The notes under the pieces are model-generated. The model was given only the letters and a program-made list of their open reading frames with translations, ran no database searches and had not been told where the DNA came from. The translations under genes and the position numbers were made by a program. DNA of 64,000 bases, from NCBI GenBank assembly GCA_023245335.1, contig JAHFKK010000001.1, positions 363,282 to 427,281 of the forward strand, in the 5' to 3' direction. This DNA comes from Candidatus Gottesmanbacteria bacterium. GTDB taxonomy: Bacteria; Patescibacteriota; Microgenomatia; UBA10105; UBA927. Below, piece by piece: positions 1-8,583 of this stretch (position 1 is the first letter of the stretch; every line of letters starts with the position of its first letter).

Positions 1-1238
1 AGAATAAGAAACATGATAGTCGGTGTCTCATCGCCGCTTGTGGGCGGTGGGTTACCGGCAAGTGACGCTTCGGCAGTGGGAGAGGCGTCTATGGTAGGTT
101 CAATGGTTGCAGAGGGTGTCGCGTCGCCCAGAACCTGTGTGCCGCTTTTTAATACTTCAAAGACGTTGGTGAGAGCTACGGTTTTCCCTTTGGTGTCAAC
201 ACTCGTTATCGTGACGCTCTGTTTTCCCTCGGAAAGCGCGTGATCCGGGGTATAGCGCCATATACCGTCATCCCCGACGATGACGGCGCTACTTACCGGA
301 TTTGTGATCCCGACGATGACCAATACCTGTTTGCCGATAACTCCCGTGCCCTCAATAAGCGGGAGGCTCGTGGTGAGACGCGCGTCTTTCGCGGGCTGCG
401 TGATTGCGACGGTTTGACTGGCAGCCTGTGTCGTAGCTCCTAAAACGGCAGGTGATGCCTGGGCGAGTAACTTTTGTTGGGCATCCGCCTGGAGTTTGCG
501 GAAATCATAGTCTTTTCCTATGGTCATCGCAGGAACCGGGTTATCATTAAGCGTATCAGTCGTTGCTGTTGACACTCCGCCGGGAGCGCGGATAGCGATG
601 GTTTCATTAATGCGGTCTGCGATCGGGATATATGCCGTAAGCGCCTGTGTCCGTGCGAGATGGAGCGGTACGACCCATGATCCGGTCGACGTCACTATGG
701 TAGAAAGCGCTTGTCCTCCTTCAGGAGTGAGGTAAACGAGCGCGCCCTGTGCCGGTTGGCCGTCCGGAAGCATCACCGTACCATACGCAGGTTCCAGGTT
801 GATGCCGACTCCGGGTATAGATGCCCCTGTCGTCACCGCAAAGGGTTGGACCCCATCCTGAAAGAGAGTCCCTTGCGAAAGGATACGGACGTGATAACTG
901 GTTTGGGCCCGGGCATTTCGTACCTGAACACTGTGGACGGTATATGTCCCCAATGTATTTTTTTTTGTTCCCGAACCCCCCATTTCGTCCCGCTCGTCAT
1001 ACAGCGTACCGATGCCGTTCCCGTCTATGACGATCGCACCGGTTACTGCGTTATCTGTCAGCCAGGAGACGGTAAATGACGTATCGGTAATGTTGGTAAA
1101 CATGACATTTTTGGGTGCAGCGCTTGGCGAGGCACGGCTAAAAAGCGGTGTGACCCGGTCAAAGGCGAGGCTAAAGAGAAATACCGCCCCGAGGACGAGC
1201 ATGATTCCGACGAGTGTGGGAATTTTCCGTGTTTGCAT
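1..1238 (-). CDS. Secreted/membrane-anchored surface protein with FN3-like and Ig-like domains; partial, 3' end lies beyond the window start
   Basis: I translated the minus strand by hand from the ATG at 1238. The frame stays open to position 1, which is why the ORF track (which needs a stop) does not list it. N-terminal hydrophobic signal/TM (IPTLVGIMLVLGAVFLFSLA). FN3-like segment FTNITDTSFTVSWLTD...TYTVHSVQVRNA. Later Ig-like segment VGDDGIWRYTPDHALSEGKQSVTITSVD. The six overlapping + strand ORFs at 13..1281 are antisense noise. Confidence 0.6.
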   Translation of the reverse strand, partial: MQTRKIPTLVGIMLVLGAVFLFSLAFDRVTPLFSRASPSAAPKNVMFTNITDTSFTVSWLTDNAVTGAIVIDGNGIGTLYDERDEMGGSGTKKNTLGTYTVHSVQVRNARAQTSYHVRILSQGTLFQDGVQPFAVTTGASIPGVGINLEPAYGTVMLPDGQPAQGALVYLTPEGGQALSTIVTSTGSWVVPLHLARTQALTAYIPIADRINETIAIRAPGGVSTATTDTLNDNPVPAMTIGKDYDFRKLQADAQQKLLAQASPAVLGATTQAASQTVAITQPAKDARLTTSLPLIEGTGVIGKQVLVIVGITNPVSSAVIVGDDGIWRYTPDHALSEGKQSVTITSVDTKGKTVALTNVFEVLKSGTQVLGDATPSATIEPTIDASPTAEASLAGNPPPTSGDETPTIMFLI

Positions 1239-1251
1239 AGCGTATCGATAC

Positions 1252-1452
1252 TTATTGATAATACGTTTGTTTTGTTTCTAACTGATCCAATACACTTGTG
1301 TCAATTTTTGAGGACAAAGGGAGCACGACTTTTTGAAGCGGCTGGGCGACGGTTGATGTTTTGGTCGTCTTCACGAGTTCAAAAAATACCCACAGAAAAA
1401 CAGTGAGAGTCGTGAACACCGCGATGAGAAGTATGTCCCGATCTTCATCCAT
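1252..1452 (-). CDS. Small single-TM hypothetical protein, immediately downstream of pilO
   Basis: 66 aa ORF with a hydrophobic helix (ILLIAVFTTLTVFLWVFF), 3 nt after the pilO stop. Function not recognisable. Confidence 0.3.
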   Translation of the reverse strand: MDEDRDILLIAVFTTLTVFLWVFFELVKTTKTSTVAQPLQKVVLPLSSKIDTSVLDQLETKQTYYQ

Positions 1453-1455
1453 ATA

Positions 1456-2109
1456 TCATTGCAACGTGTAATATGATTTTAACCGAATAGATAATTGTAA
1501 CGCAGTATCTGACGAGTTTAGTGTAACACCTTGTCTTATAGATACCATATCTATAGTGGTTATACGCCGAAGTGTGATAAGACCGTCAAGAAATGCTTTG
1601 ATTGCAGTATAGGGTCCGGAAATAACCAAGCTGATGGTGAAATCCTGTAATGGTTGTCGCGCGATAAGTTTGGCTCCGGGAGTCGCGTCTTTGGTTGTGA
1701 GTGGTACGCCGGCTATCTGCATTGCTGATATGGACGCTTGAGATACGTTTGCGATATTTCTAAGCTCAACGGCCAGAATAGCGGGATCAGGACTGCGCGG
1801 AAGTGCATCAACGAGCAAGGGGAGACGTGACGCGATAGTTTCATAGGTCGCTTGCGCCTCTATAAGCGCGGTTATTTTTGCCTCCATTTGTTTATTGAGT
1901 GTCGTTTTGTCTTTAATTTCCCGCTGCAGGTATATGATTGTTTGTGCTGTGGGTCGGACCGCGTACCACAAAAATAGGGAAACGGCGAGGAACGAAAATA
2001 CTGCGGTTGTTGAAGCGCGCATCTTCGGTTTTTTCAGAAGCGGTGCGAGATCCTTGTAATACCGCCGTAATCTGGACGGAAGGGCGGATCGTTGTGTTGA
2101 ACTGTCCAT
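1456..2109 (-). CDS. pilO: Type IV pilus assembly protein PilO-like
   Basis: N-terminal TM (AVFSFLAVSLFLWYAV), then coiled coil (IYLQREIKDKTTLNKQMEAKITALIEAQ), then a C-terminal domain consistent with the PilO/PilN-family fold. I chose the ATG at 2109 so that it overlaps the pilN stop at 2114 by a few nt. The track ORF runs to 2190. Confidence 0.55.
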   Translation of the reverse strand: MDSSTQRSALPSRLRRYYKDLAPLLKKPKMRASTTAVFSFLAVSLFLWYAVRPTAQTIIYLQREIKDKTTLNKQMEAKITALIEAQATYETIASRLPLLVDALPRSPDPAILAVELRNIANVSQASISAMQIAGVPLTTKDATPGAKLIARQPLQDFTISLVISGPYTAIKAFLDGLITLRRITTIDMVSIRQGVTLNSSDTALQLSIRLKSYYTLQ

Positions 2110-2113
2110 AATA

Positions 2114-2665
2114 TTATTTTGCCTGTCCGACAGGCACGTCAGCCGTAATTTCAAAGACAATACCTGTCGTGGCCTGGCGGTTGATATCACTTAAGGAAAC
2201 ATTCTGAAGTTGCTTTGTTGCCTGAAGATTGGAAAGAAATTGCGCGAATCCCGTAGTCGTTCCCGCGCTTGCGCTTATAGTGAGCTTACCATTGTTAATG
2301 GTAAGAGAGGTGAGGTACACATCGGGTGGAAGTAGTGTGGCCATCATGTTTATGAGATCGACGGGCCTGGATTGGTTGATCATGAGTTTTTTCGTCGTAT
2401 CAAGGTTTGCCTGAAGCGATCGGATGGAAGTCTCAAATGATGTATTTGCTTCCAATATCGCTTGTTTTTGCGTCACTTCTTCGGTGAGATCGGTGTTTTT
2501 CCGATCCAGGCTGAATCGTGAGATAAACGCGAGAAGCACCATGATTTCCGTCGTGATCATGATATACCGTCCGTAGGTGGTAGCCCACGAAACGATACGG
2601 CCCCACGGCGTGTGCTCCAGGTCTTGTTGTCCAAGTAAATTAATCCGAATGGAATCGGCAGGCAT
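2114..2665 (-). CDS. pilN: Type IV pilus assembly protein PilN
   Basis: Starting at the internal Met gives an N-terminus MPADSIRINLL that carries the conserved PilN INLLP-like motif, which binds PilM. It is followed by a TM helix and a periplasmic domain. The track ORF runs to 2722. Confidence 0.65.
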   Translation of the reverse strand: MPADSIRINLLGQQDLEHTPWGRIVSWATTYGRYIMITTEIMVLLAFISRFSLDRKNTDLTEEVTQKQAILEANTSFETSIRSLQANLDTTKKLMINQSRPVDLINMMATLLPPDVYLTSLTINNGKLTISASAGTTTGFAQFLSNLQATKQLQNVSLSDINRQATTGIVFEITADVPVGQAK

Positions 2666-2728
2666 GAGTTCAGTATAGCAAGGGAGGCAAGATGAATAAA
2701 GCGTTGAACGCTCTTTTCCCAAAAGGCT

Positions 2729-2965
2729 TTACCTTTTGAGGAGTTTCGCGAGGCGTGACTTCAGACGGGCGGCGGTGTTTTTATGGATGCTGTGGTGTTT
2801 GGCCGCGCGATCGACCGCCTGATATGCCAGGGAAATGGTTTTTTCAGATGGAGCTTTGCGCGCTTTTTTCACTGAAGTAGTCAGTGTTTTCTTGATGTGC
2901 GCATTTTGGACAGACCGTACGCGGTCATGTCGGAGCTTTTTGGCGGCTTGTTTCGTGATTGGCAT
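2729..2965 (-). CDS. rpsT: 30S ribosomal protein S20
   Basis: 78 aa basic protein, MPITKQAAKKLRHDRVRSVQNAHIKK..., typical of S20. Confidence 0.85.
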   Translation of the reverse strand: MPITKQAAKKLRHDRVRSVQNAHIKKTLTTSVKKARKAPSEKTISLAYQAVDRAAKHHSIHKNTAARLKSRLAKLLKR

Positions 2966-3029
2966 GAGGTGAAGTATACCCCAGTTGACTCTTTCGGGTC
3001 AAGACGTTGCGATTTATAATAGGGAAGTT

Positions 3030-4682
3030 ATGAAACGAGTTTGGGCCTTGGTGACCAAAAAACAGATGACCGTAGGGTCCGCAGCCTTAGTGCTGGCATT
3101 TATGGTGCTCCTTTCCCGAGTTTTGGGACTTGTCCGTGACCGGTTGCTCGCGTCATATTTTGCGCCGGATACATTAGGAATATATTTTGCAGCGTTCCGT
3201 ATACCGAATTTTATCTTTGAACTGTTGGTCATGGGCGCATTAACATCGGCGTTTATCCCGGTGTATTCCAAATATCTGGCGCAGAATAATGAAAAAGAAG
3301 CACAGCGTGTGGCTGCAGGCCTTATTAATCTCAGTCTGATTATTTTTTTCGTTCTGGCGATACCGCTATACGTAGCGGCCCCGTTCCTTTCCCGGCTTAT
3401 TACGCCGGGATTCAACGAATCACAAATTGCGCAAATGACGGCGTTCACGAGATTCATGTTATTTTTTCAGGTGACTCCGCTTCTTATCGGTAATGTATTT
3501 ACCGGAATTTTGCAGTCCCATAATCTCTTTTTGATCCCGGCGCTCGCGCCGGTTCTTTATAATATCGGAATTATAATCGGCGTCATTCTTCTTGCTCCCG
3601 CCATGGGATTGTGGGCGCCCGTCATAGGTGTTGCCATCGGGGCGGTACTTTTTGTCCTTATTCAAATTCCGGCGCTCATTCACATAGGGTATCGGCACTC
3701 CTCGGAGATCAATCCGAAAAACGAAGGCATACGCGAAGTCGGTAAGCTTATGGGACCCCGCACATTCGGACTGGCAGTAACGCAGATTGATACGACGGTG
3801 GATTTGATGCTCGCAAGCCTCCTCGGAGCCCGGATGGTCACTATATTTGCGTTCGCCCAGCAATTACAGCAGTTGCCGATCGGTTTGTTCGGGCAAACGA
3901 TCGCTCAGGCAGTATTGCCGTCATTGTCGCAGTTGTCGGCAAGCGACAAGCATGATGAGTTTATTGCCACCATACGGTCAGCGGTTCATCAGATTTTGTT
4001 CCTCGTCCTTCCCATGGCGATGCTATTTATCGTACTTCGTATCCCGGTCATCCGTTTGATTTACGGAGCGTCGCGGTTTGACTGGGCTGCGACGGTAGAC
4101 ACCGGGATGACGCTATCCGCATTTAGCATCTCGCTGTTTGCGCAGGCGATCGTTCAGGTGTTGGCGCGGGGGTTCTATTCGCTTTTGGACAGCAAAACGC
4201 CGGTCATCGTAGGAGTCATTTGCGTCGTCCTTAATTCGGTTTTAAGCATCATATTTGTTTTGGTGTTGCACCTGCCTATATGGTCACTGGGACTTTCTAC
4301 GTCTGTTGCGAGCATCCTCAATGCGTTCCTTCTGTTTATGCTCCTGGACCGGCGGATTAAAGGGTTTATTACGCCGTCTCTCATGGTTCCGATACTCAAA
4401 ATGGGAGGAGCGACAATTGTAGCCGGTATCGCTCTTTACATACCGCTCAAGCTGTTTGACCAGCTGGTATTTGATACGACCCGCACGTTCGGTCTCATAC
4501 TTTTGACCGGGGTGTCGGCAACCCTCGGTTTGGCAACCTACTTTTTCCTGTCCTGGGTATTAAATGTCGATCAGGTTCACGACCTTATACGGCTCATGAA
4601 ACGATTCCAGAAGCTCCGTGGATTCTCGCTTGAACCGGCACAAGAGATAGTGAGCGGTAGCCTCCCGGATCAGATAACGTAA
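3030..4682 (+). CDS. murJ: Lipid II flippase MurJ (MviN)
   Basis: Polytopic membrane protein of about 550 aa with MurJ-like N-terminal helices (LLSRVLGLVRDRLLASYFA...RIPNFIFELLVMGALTSAFIPV). ATG at 3030 is preceded by AGGGAAG and a TATAAT at 3015..3020. Divergent from rpsT. Confidence 0.85.
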   Translation: MKRVWALVTKKQMTVGSAALVLAFMVLLSRVLGLVRDRLLASYFAPDTLGIYFAAFRIPNFIFELLVMGALTSAFIPVYSKYLAQNNEKEAQRVAAGLINLSLIIFFVLAIPLYVAAPFLSRLITPGFNESQIAQMTAFTRFMLFFQVTPLLIGNVFTGILQSHNLFLIPALAPVLYNIGIIIGVILLAPAMGLWAPVIGVAIGAVLFVLIQIPALIHIGYRHSSEINPKNEGIREVGKLMGPRTFGLAVTQIDTTVDLMLASLLGARMVTIFAFAQQLQQLPIGLFGQTIAQAVLPSLSQLSASDKHDEFIATIRSAVHQILFLVLPMAMLFIVLRIPVIRLIYGASRFDWAATVDTGMTLSAFSISLFAQAIVQVLARGFYSLLDSKTPVIVGVICVVLNSVLSIIFVLVLHLPIWSLGLSTSVASILNAFLLFMLLDRRIKGFITPSLMVPILKMGGATIVAGIALYIPLKLFDQLVFDTTRTFGLILLTGVSATLGLATYFFLSWVLNVDQVHDLIRLMKRFQKLRGFSLEPAQEIVSGSLPDQIT

Positions 4683-4694
4683 AAATAAAGAAGT

Positions 4695-6098
4695 TTATTG
4701 GGTTTTGGTGATCTCCAGAAGTGCGACACTTTCAGGCGGCATGTAAACTTGTGTGTTGATAGAGGGATCCTGTGCGTCAATGGTCGTCGTCGCATCTCTT
4801 CCCAAAAGCAGGCGTTGTCGTACAGTATACGTTCCGGGTTCTATGCCTCGGATGAGCACGGGAACGTTTTCGCTATGACTCCCGCTTGCGTCAAAATTCA
4901 CGAGTAACACGCGTATGACGTTATTCTGAGTTGATGCGTATGCGCTGACCCATGATCCTTCGCCGGTAAGCGAGAGACGTGTGCCGGCCATAGAATCAAG
5001 GAAGTTATAGACGTAGTAGCGGGGTTTTTTCTTGAGCCCGTTATCGTCATTGGTGATGAGTCCCCAGCCGGATCCGTCCTGTTGTTTCGGTCCATCTTTG
5101 AGTTCGAAGGTAAAAAGATATGTGGGTCCGCCGGAGGTAAGCTGGCGTATGACCGCCGCAGCATGCGCTGCAGCATACGAGGTGCCGTAGCCTGTGCTTT
5201 TATCCCCCGTAAACCCGAATTCAGTAATCAGCTTCGGAAGTAGTGTATACGTGGGGAATGGCAGCAATGCTTTGACGACATTGCGTTCGTCGAGAGCAAA
5301 CTGGTCCGGGTCGCTGAGATATGAATGCCAGGAAAAAAAGTTGACCCGGTTCCCTGATTGGACGAGCGCCGTAATCCAGTTCACAAACAGCCCTGATGTC
5401 GCCGGTCCTCCGAGATAGAACGTATTTACGTTCTGTGCATTTCCTGCTCCTACCGAAGCGTAGTGATAGAGGGTGAGATAGTTTCGGTCACCGCTCAGGG
5501 TCCAGCCCCCAAACTGGGTCAGATTCGGTTCGTTCCATACTTCATAGTAGATGCCGGGTATGTTCATGCCGCCTTTGCCGCTATAGTGTTCGATGGTTTT
5601 TTGTACTACGGTTGCCCAATCATTCCAATCATTGGGAGGACCGGAGATGACGCCGTCTTTTGCTATGACGTCCGGCATATAAGAAAGGGCGAGGACGGGT
5701 TTTGCGCCCGTACTGACCACTGTAGAGACCGCCTGATCAAGCTTAGACCAATCAAAGCGAAGATCAGAGCCATCCCGTGATACGACATGGTAGAGATCAT
5801 AGAGATGGTCGAGGCGTATGACTTTCGGGTGCAGAGCGGTCACATCTCCTTTGACGGACGCGAGCATATCTGTCGATTCTTCTCCGCCCTGAGCGAACGC
5901 GTGATAAAAGTCGGTCTTTATCGGATCAAGCGTCAGTTTTGCCTCAACGACGATGTTAGCAGGCGTTCCTGCCGCCCGGGACATCAAGGTAACGGTCTGT
6001 TGGATAACGAGAAGGAATAGCGGTAGAAAGACAAGAAGCGCCACAATCGAAATGACGGAAGTGACTCGCGATGACACATGCCGGATGAGTATACTCAT
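4695..6098 (-). CDS. Membrane-anchored glycoside hydrolase, clan GH-A (GH39/GH5-like)
   Basis: N-terminal TM anchor. YYEVWNEPN motif (catalytic acid/base Glu of clan GH-A) and a TIM-barrel-like length. The ATG at 6098 overlaps the stop of the upstream surface-protein gene (ATGA). Confidence 0.6.
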   Translation of the reverse strand: MSILIRHVSSRVTSVISIVALLVFLPLFLLVIQQTVTLMSRAAGTPANIVVEAKLTLDPIKTDFYHAFAQGGEESTDMLASVKGDVTALHPKVIRLDHLYDLYHVVSRDGSDLRFDWSKLDQAVSTVVSTGAKPVLALSYMPDVIAKDGVISGPPNDWNDWATVVQKTIEHYSGKGGMNIPGIYYEVWNEPNLTQFGGWTLSGDRNYLTLYHYASVGAGNAQNVNTFYLGGPATSGLFVNWITALVQSGNRVNFFSWHSYLSDPDQFALDERNVVKALLPFPTYTLLPKLITEFGFTGDKSTGYGTSYAAAHAAAVIRQLTSGGPTYLFTFELKDGPKQQDGSGWGLITNDDNGLKKKPRYYVYNFLDSMAGTRLSLTGEGSWVSAYASTQNNVIRVLLVNFDASGSHSENVPVLIRGIEPGTYTVRQRLLLGRDATTTIDAQDPSINTQVYMPPESVALLEITKTQ

Positions 6099-7126
6099 GA
6101 TTTATTTCGAATTAATACCGGTGCCAGTGCCCCACTTAGTAATAGTATCATGCCAAGCGCTAAGAGGAGGATTGTCGGCTCCACAGATCCTGACGCCGGC
6201 ATGGCACTTCCTGATGCGCCATTTTCCGTACCGTTGGATACGACGAATGCGAGCGTCGCAGTTTCCGTTTGACCGGTCGTCGGATTTTGTGCAGCTACGA
6301 CGACTGTGTGTGGACCAGTCTCGAGCGCATTCGGTATGGTATACGTCCAATTTCCGTTGGCATCCGCAGTGACGGTCGCAGTGATCTGTTGGGTAGAATA
6401 GACCGCGATCGTGACGGTACTTCCCGGAGGCGCTTTTCCTTCTATCGTCGGCTTTTGTGTCGCTATCGATTCGTCTTTAGTTGGTGAATCGATCGTGACA
6501 GCAGATGATGTCGCGCTATCAGTTGATTCCGGAGTGGGTGACAGCGTCGGGGTGAGTGTATCCGACGGATTGCCGGTCGGACTAGGAGTCGGAACAACAC
6601 CGCCTCCTATGGTAATCGTAGACGGGGTCGAGCTCGTGAGTACGTTTGTGCTTCCTTCGCCTAAAGCACCGACATAGGTGTCGGCGGTCGCGAACTTGAC
6701 GGTGACCGGCGTAGTCGTACCGGCCAATGCTTTCATGTTTATTGTCGCGACGAGCCCCGTACCAGTGACAGGAGTGATCGTATTAGTTGACCCGACTTGA
6801 ATTGAGGCCGTACCGTTTCCGACAACGCCGGATGAAAGGATATTGGGAAACATCGTGCCGTTATGAATCCACTCGGCTTCAAGCTTGGTAGGGTCAAAGG
6901 CAAGACTTACCTGCACTGCCACCACTTGATTTGCTGCCGTATCCATATGGACTTCGAGCGTAAACGTGTCACCGACTTGTTTGGTGAGCGCAGACGGAGT
7001 GAGGGTCAGTGTTGTAGCAGGCGCCGCGCGTTGGCGTATTTCCTGGTTTCGCATCACGAGAAATATCGTCGCGGGTATAGCAAGAAGAATAAGGAGAGAA
7101 CCAATAATAAGAACAACTCGTTTCAT
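6095..7126 (-). CDS. Surface protein with cohesin-like N-domain, Thr/Pro-rich linker, Ig-like domain and C-terminal TM anchor
   Basis: Start chosen at the internal Met MKRVVLIIGSLLILLAIPATIF (signal/TM). Cohesin-like segment TFTLEVHMDTAANQVVAVQVSLAFDPTKLEA. PT-rich linker. C-terminal hydrophobic anchor ILLLALGMILLLSGALAPVLIRNKS. The track ORF runs to 7213. Confidence 0.5.
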   Translation of the reverse strand: MKRVVLIIGSLLILLAIPATIFLVMRNQEIRQRAAPATTLTLTPSALTKQVGDTFTLEVHMDTAANQVVAVQVSLAFDPTKLEAEWIHNGTMFPNILSSGVVGNGTASIQVGSTNTITPVTGTGLVATINMKALAGTTTPVTVKFATADTYVGALGEGSTNVLTSSTPSTITIGGGVVPTPSPTGNPSDTLTPTLSPTPESTDSATSSAVTIDSPTKDESIATQKPTIEGKAPPGSTVTIAVYSTQQITATVTADANGNWTYTIPNALETGPHTVVVAAQNPTTGQTETATLAFVVSNGTENGASGSAMPASGSVEPTILLLALGMILLLSGALAPVLIRNKS

Positions 7127-7264
7127 GTCTTCCTCTATTATGAAGAAGTCAACTGATGTACGCAATAGTGCGGCATAGTACATATTTGTCGAGCTTCCGT
7201 CCTCGTGACCCACGAGCGGATTTCGTGGCTATAAAAGTGCAGTGCTACGTGTATTGTCGACCCC

Positions 7265-7301
7265 TTGACAAGAGTTAGCACTCAATGTATATTAGTGCTA
7301 A
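7265..7301 (+). promoter_or_regulatory. Sigma70-like promoter (TTGACA-17-TATATT) overlapping a CIRCE operator (HrcA site)
   Basis: TTGACA at 7265..7270 and TATATT at 7288..7293. Inverted repeat TTAGCACTC-N9-TAGTGCTAA at 7275..7301, one mismatch from the CIRCE consensus TTAGCACTC-N9-GAGTGCTAA. It lies directly upstream of hrcA. Confidence 0.75.
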
Positions 7302-7311
7302 TTTCAATAAT

Positions 7312-8043
7312 ATGAATCCCGTAGCAGATCTCACTCCCAGACAGATTCAAATTCTGAAAGCGATTATCGACGAATATATCGCGACGGCGGAAGCCGTAGG
7401 GAGCGAAACATTGGAAAAAAAGTACAATCTCGGTGTTTCCCCGGCGACCATCCGCAATGAGATGGCACACCTCACCGAAATCGGAATGCTCAATCAGCCG
7501 CATACGTCCGCGGGGCGCAGCCCCACGCCTATCGCGCTCAAATATTACGTCGATCAGCTCATGAAGACCAAAGATATGTCGGTCGCGGAAGAAGTCTCGG
7601 TCAAGGAAAAAATTTGGGATTACCGACAAGAGATAGATAAGTTACTCCGGGAAGCGACCAAGACGCTCGCAGAAAAAACCAAGACACTTGCTATTACAGC
7701 GACGAACGAAGGAGACCTTTACTATGCAGGTGCTGCCAATATTTTGGAAATGCCGGAATTTTATGATTATCAACTGACGCATGAACTCTTCGGGACACTG
7801 GATGAATACGGATTTTGGTGGCACGTATTGGAACAGCACGACGACCTATTTTCCATATTAGTCGGCGACGATTTGTCGCATGGGGCACTCACTCAATGCG
7901 GATTTGTCTATCACAAGTTCAAAACGCCGCACGTATCCGGCGCCATCGGGATCGTCGGTCCGTCGAGAATGAACTATCCGTTTGTGATCCCGGTGGTACG
8001 ATACATGGGAGATCTCATAGATGAATTTGCGAGCAGTTGGTAA
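7312..8043 (+). CDS. hrcA: Heat-inducible transcription repressor HrcA
   Basis: N-terminal winged-helix LTPRQIQILKAIIDEYIATAEAVGSETL and HrcA-like length. First gene of the grpE-dnaK operon, behind the CIRCE site. Confidence 0.85.
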   Translation: MNPVADLTPRQIQILKAIIDEYIATAEAVGSETLEKKYNLGVSPATIRNEMAHLTEIGMLNQPHTSAGRSPTPIALKYYVDQLMKTKDMSVAEEVSVKEKIWDYRQEIDKLLREATKTLAEKTKTLAITATNEGDLYYAGAANILEMPEFYDYQLTHELFGTLDEYGFWWHVLEQHDDLFSILVGDDLSHGALTQCGFVYHKFKTPHVSGAIGIVGPSRMNYPFVIPVVRYMGDLIDEFASSW

Positions 8044-8084
8044 CGAACCCCCAGGGTTGTCCGTCTGCCCGTTCCAAAAGACAT

Positions 8085-8561
8085 ATGAAGAAACACGATG
8101 ATGTGGTGAAACCAAAAGATGATGTGCGTGTGGGGGAACTCGAGAAAGAGGCGGAAGACTGGAAGAGTAAATATCTGCGCGCGCTTGCCGATTATCAAAA
8201 TTTGGAAAAGCGGTCGCGGGAACAGGTTAACGACTCGCGTAAATTCGCAGCGGAGCTCATTTTAGCCCGCCTCATTCCTGTCGTCGATACGTTTGCTAAA
8301 GTGAGAGTACATGTGAAGGATGTCGGGTTTGATCTGGCATACAAGGAATTAACGGTTGTTCTTACGGAGCAGGGTGTGGAAGCGATGCATGTTCTGGGAA
8401 AGCCATTTGATCCGCACGAAATGGAATGTATCGAAGTCGTTCCGGGTAACGACAACGAAGTGGTAGAGGAAGTATTTCCCGGCTATCGTTTTCGCGGCAA
8501 AGTATTACGGGTAGCCCAAGTAAAGGTGGGCAAATCCGATACAGCCCAACGTACAAATTAA
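8085..8561 (+). CDS. grpE: Nucleotide exchange factor GrpE
   Basis: Coiled-coil N-terminal region followed by a GrpE C-terminal region. Sits between hrcA and dnaK. ATG at 8085. Confidence 0.85.
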   Translation: MKKHDDVVKPKDDVRVGELEKEAEDWKSKYLRALADYQNLEKRSREQVNDSRKFAAELILARLIPVVDTFAKVRVHVKDVGFDLAYKELTVVLTEQGVEAMHVLGKPFDPHEMECIEVVPGNDNEVVEEVFPGYRFRGKVLRVAQVKVGKSDTAQRTN

Positions 8562-8583
8562 TTATTTATAATAGGAGGTATCT

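Noticed and set aside
13-1281. Six overlapping + strand ORFs (13..243, 240..443, 520..735, 711..1079, 821..1030, 1012..1281)
   Set aside because: They sit in three different frames with non-protein-like composition, and the opposite strand carries one continuous open frame from the ATG at 1238 to the window edge that encodes a coherent signal peptide plus FN3/Ig protein. They are antisense artefacts.
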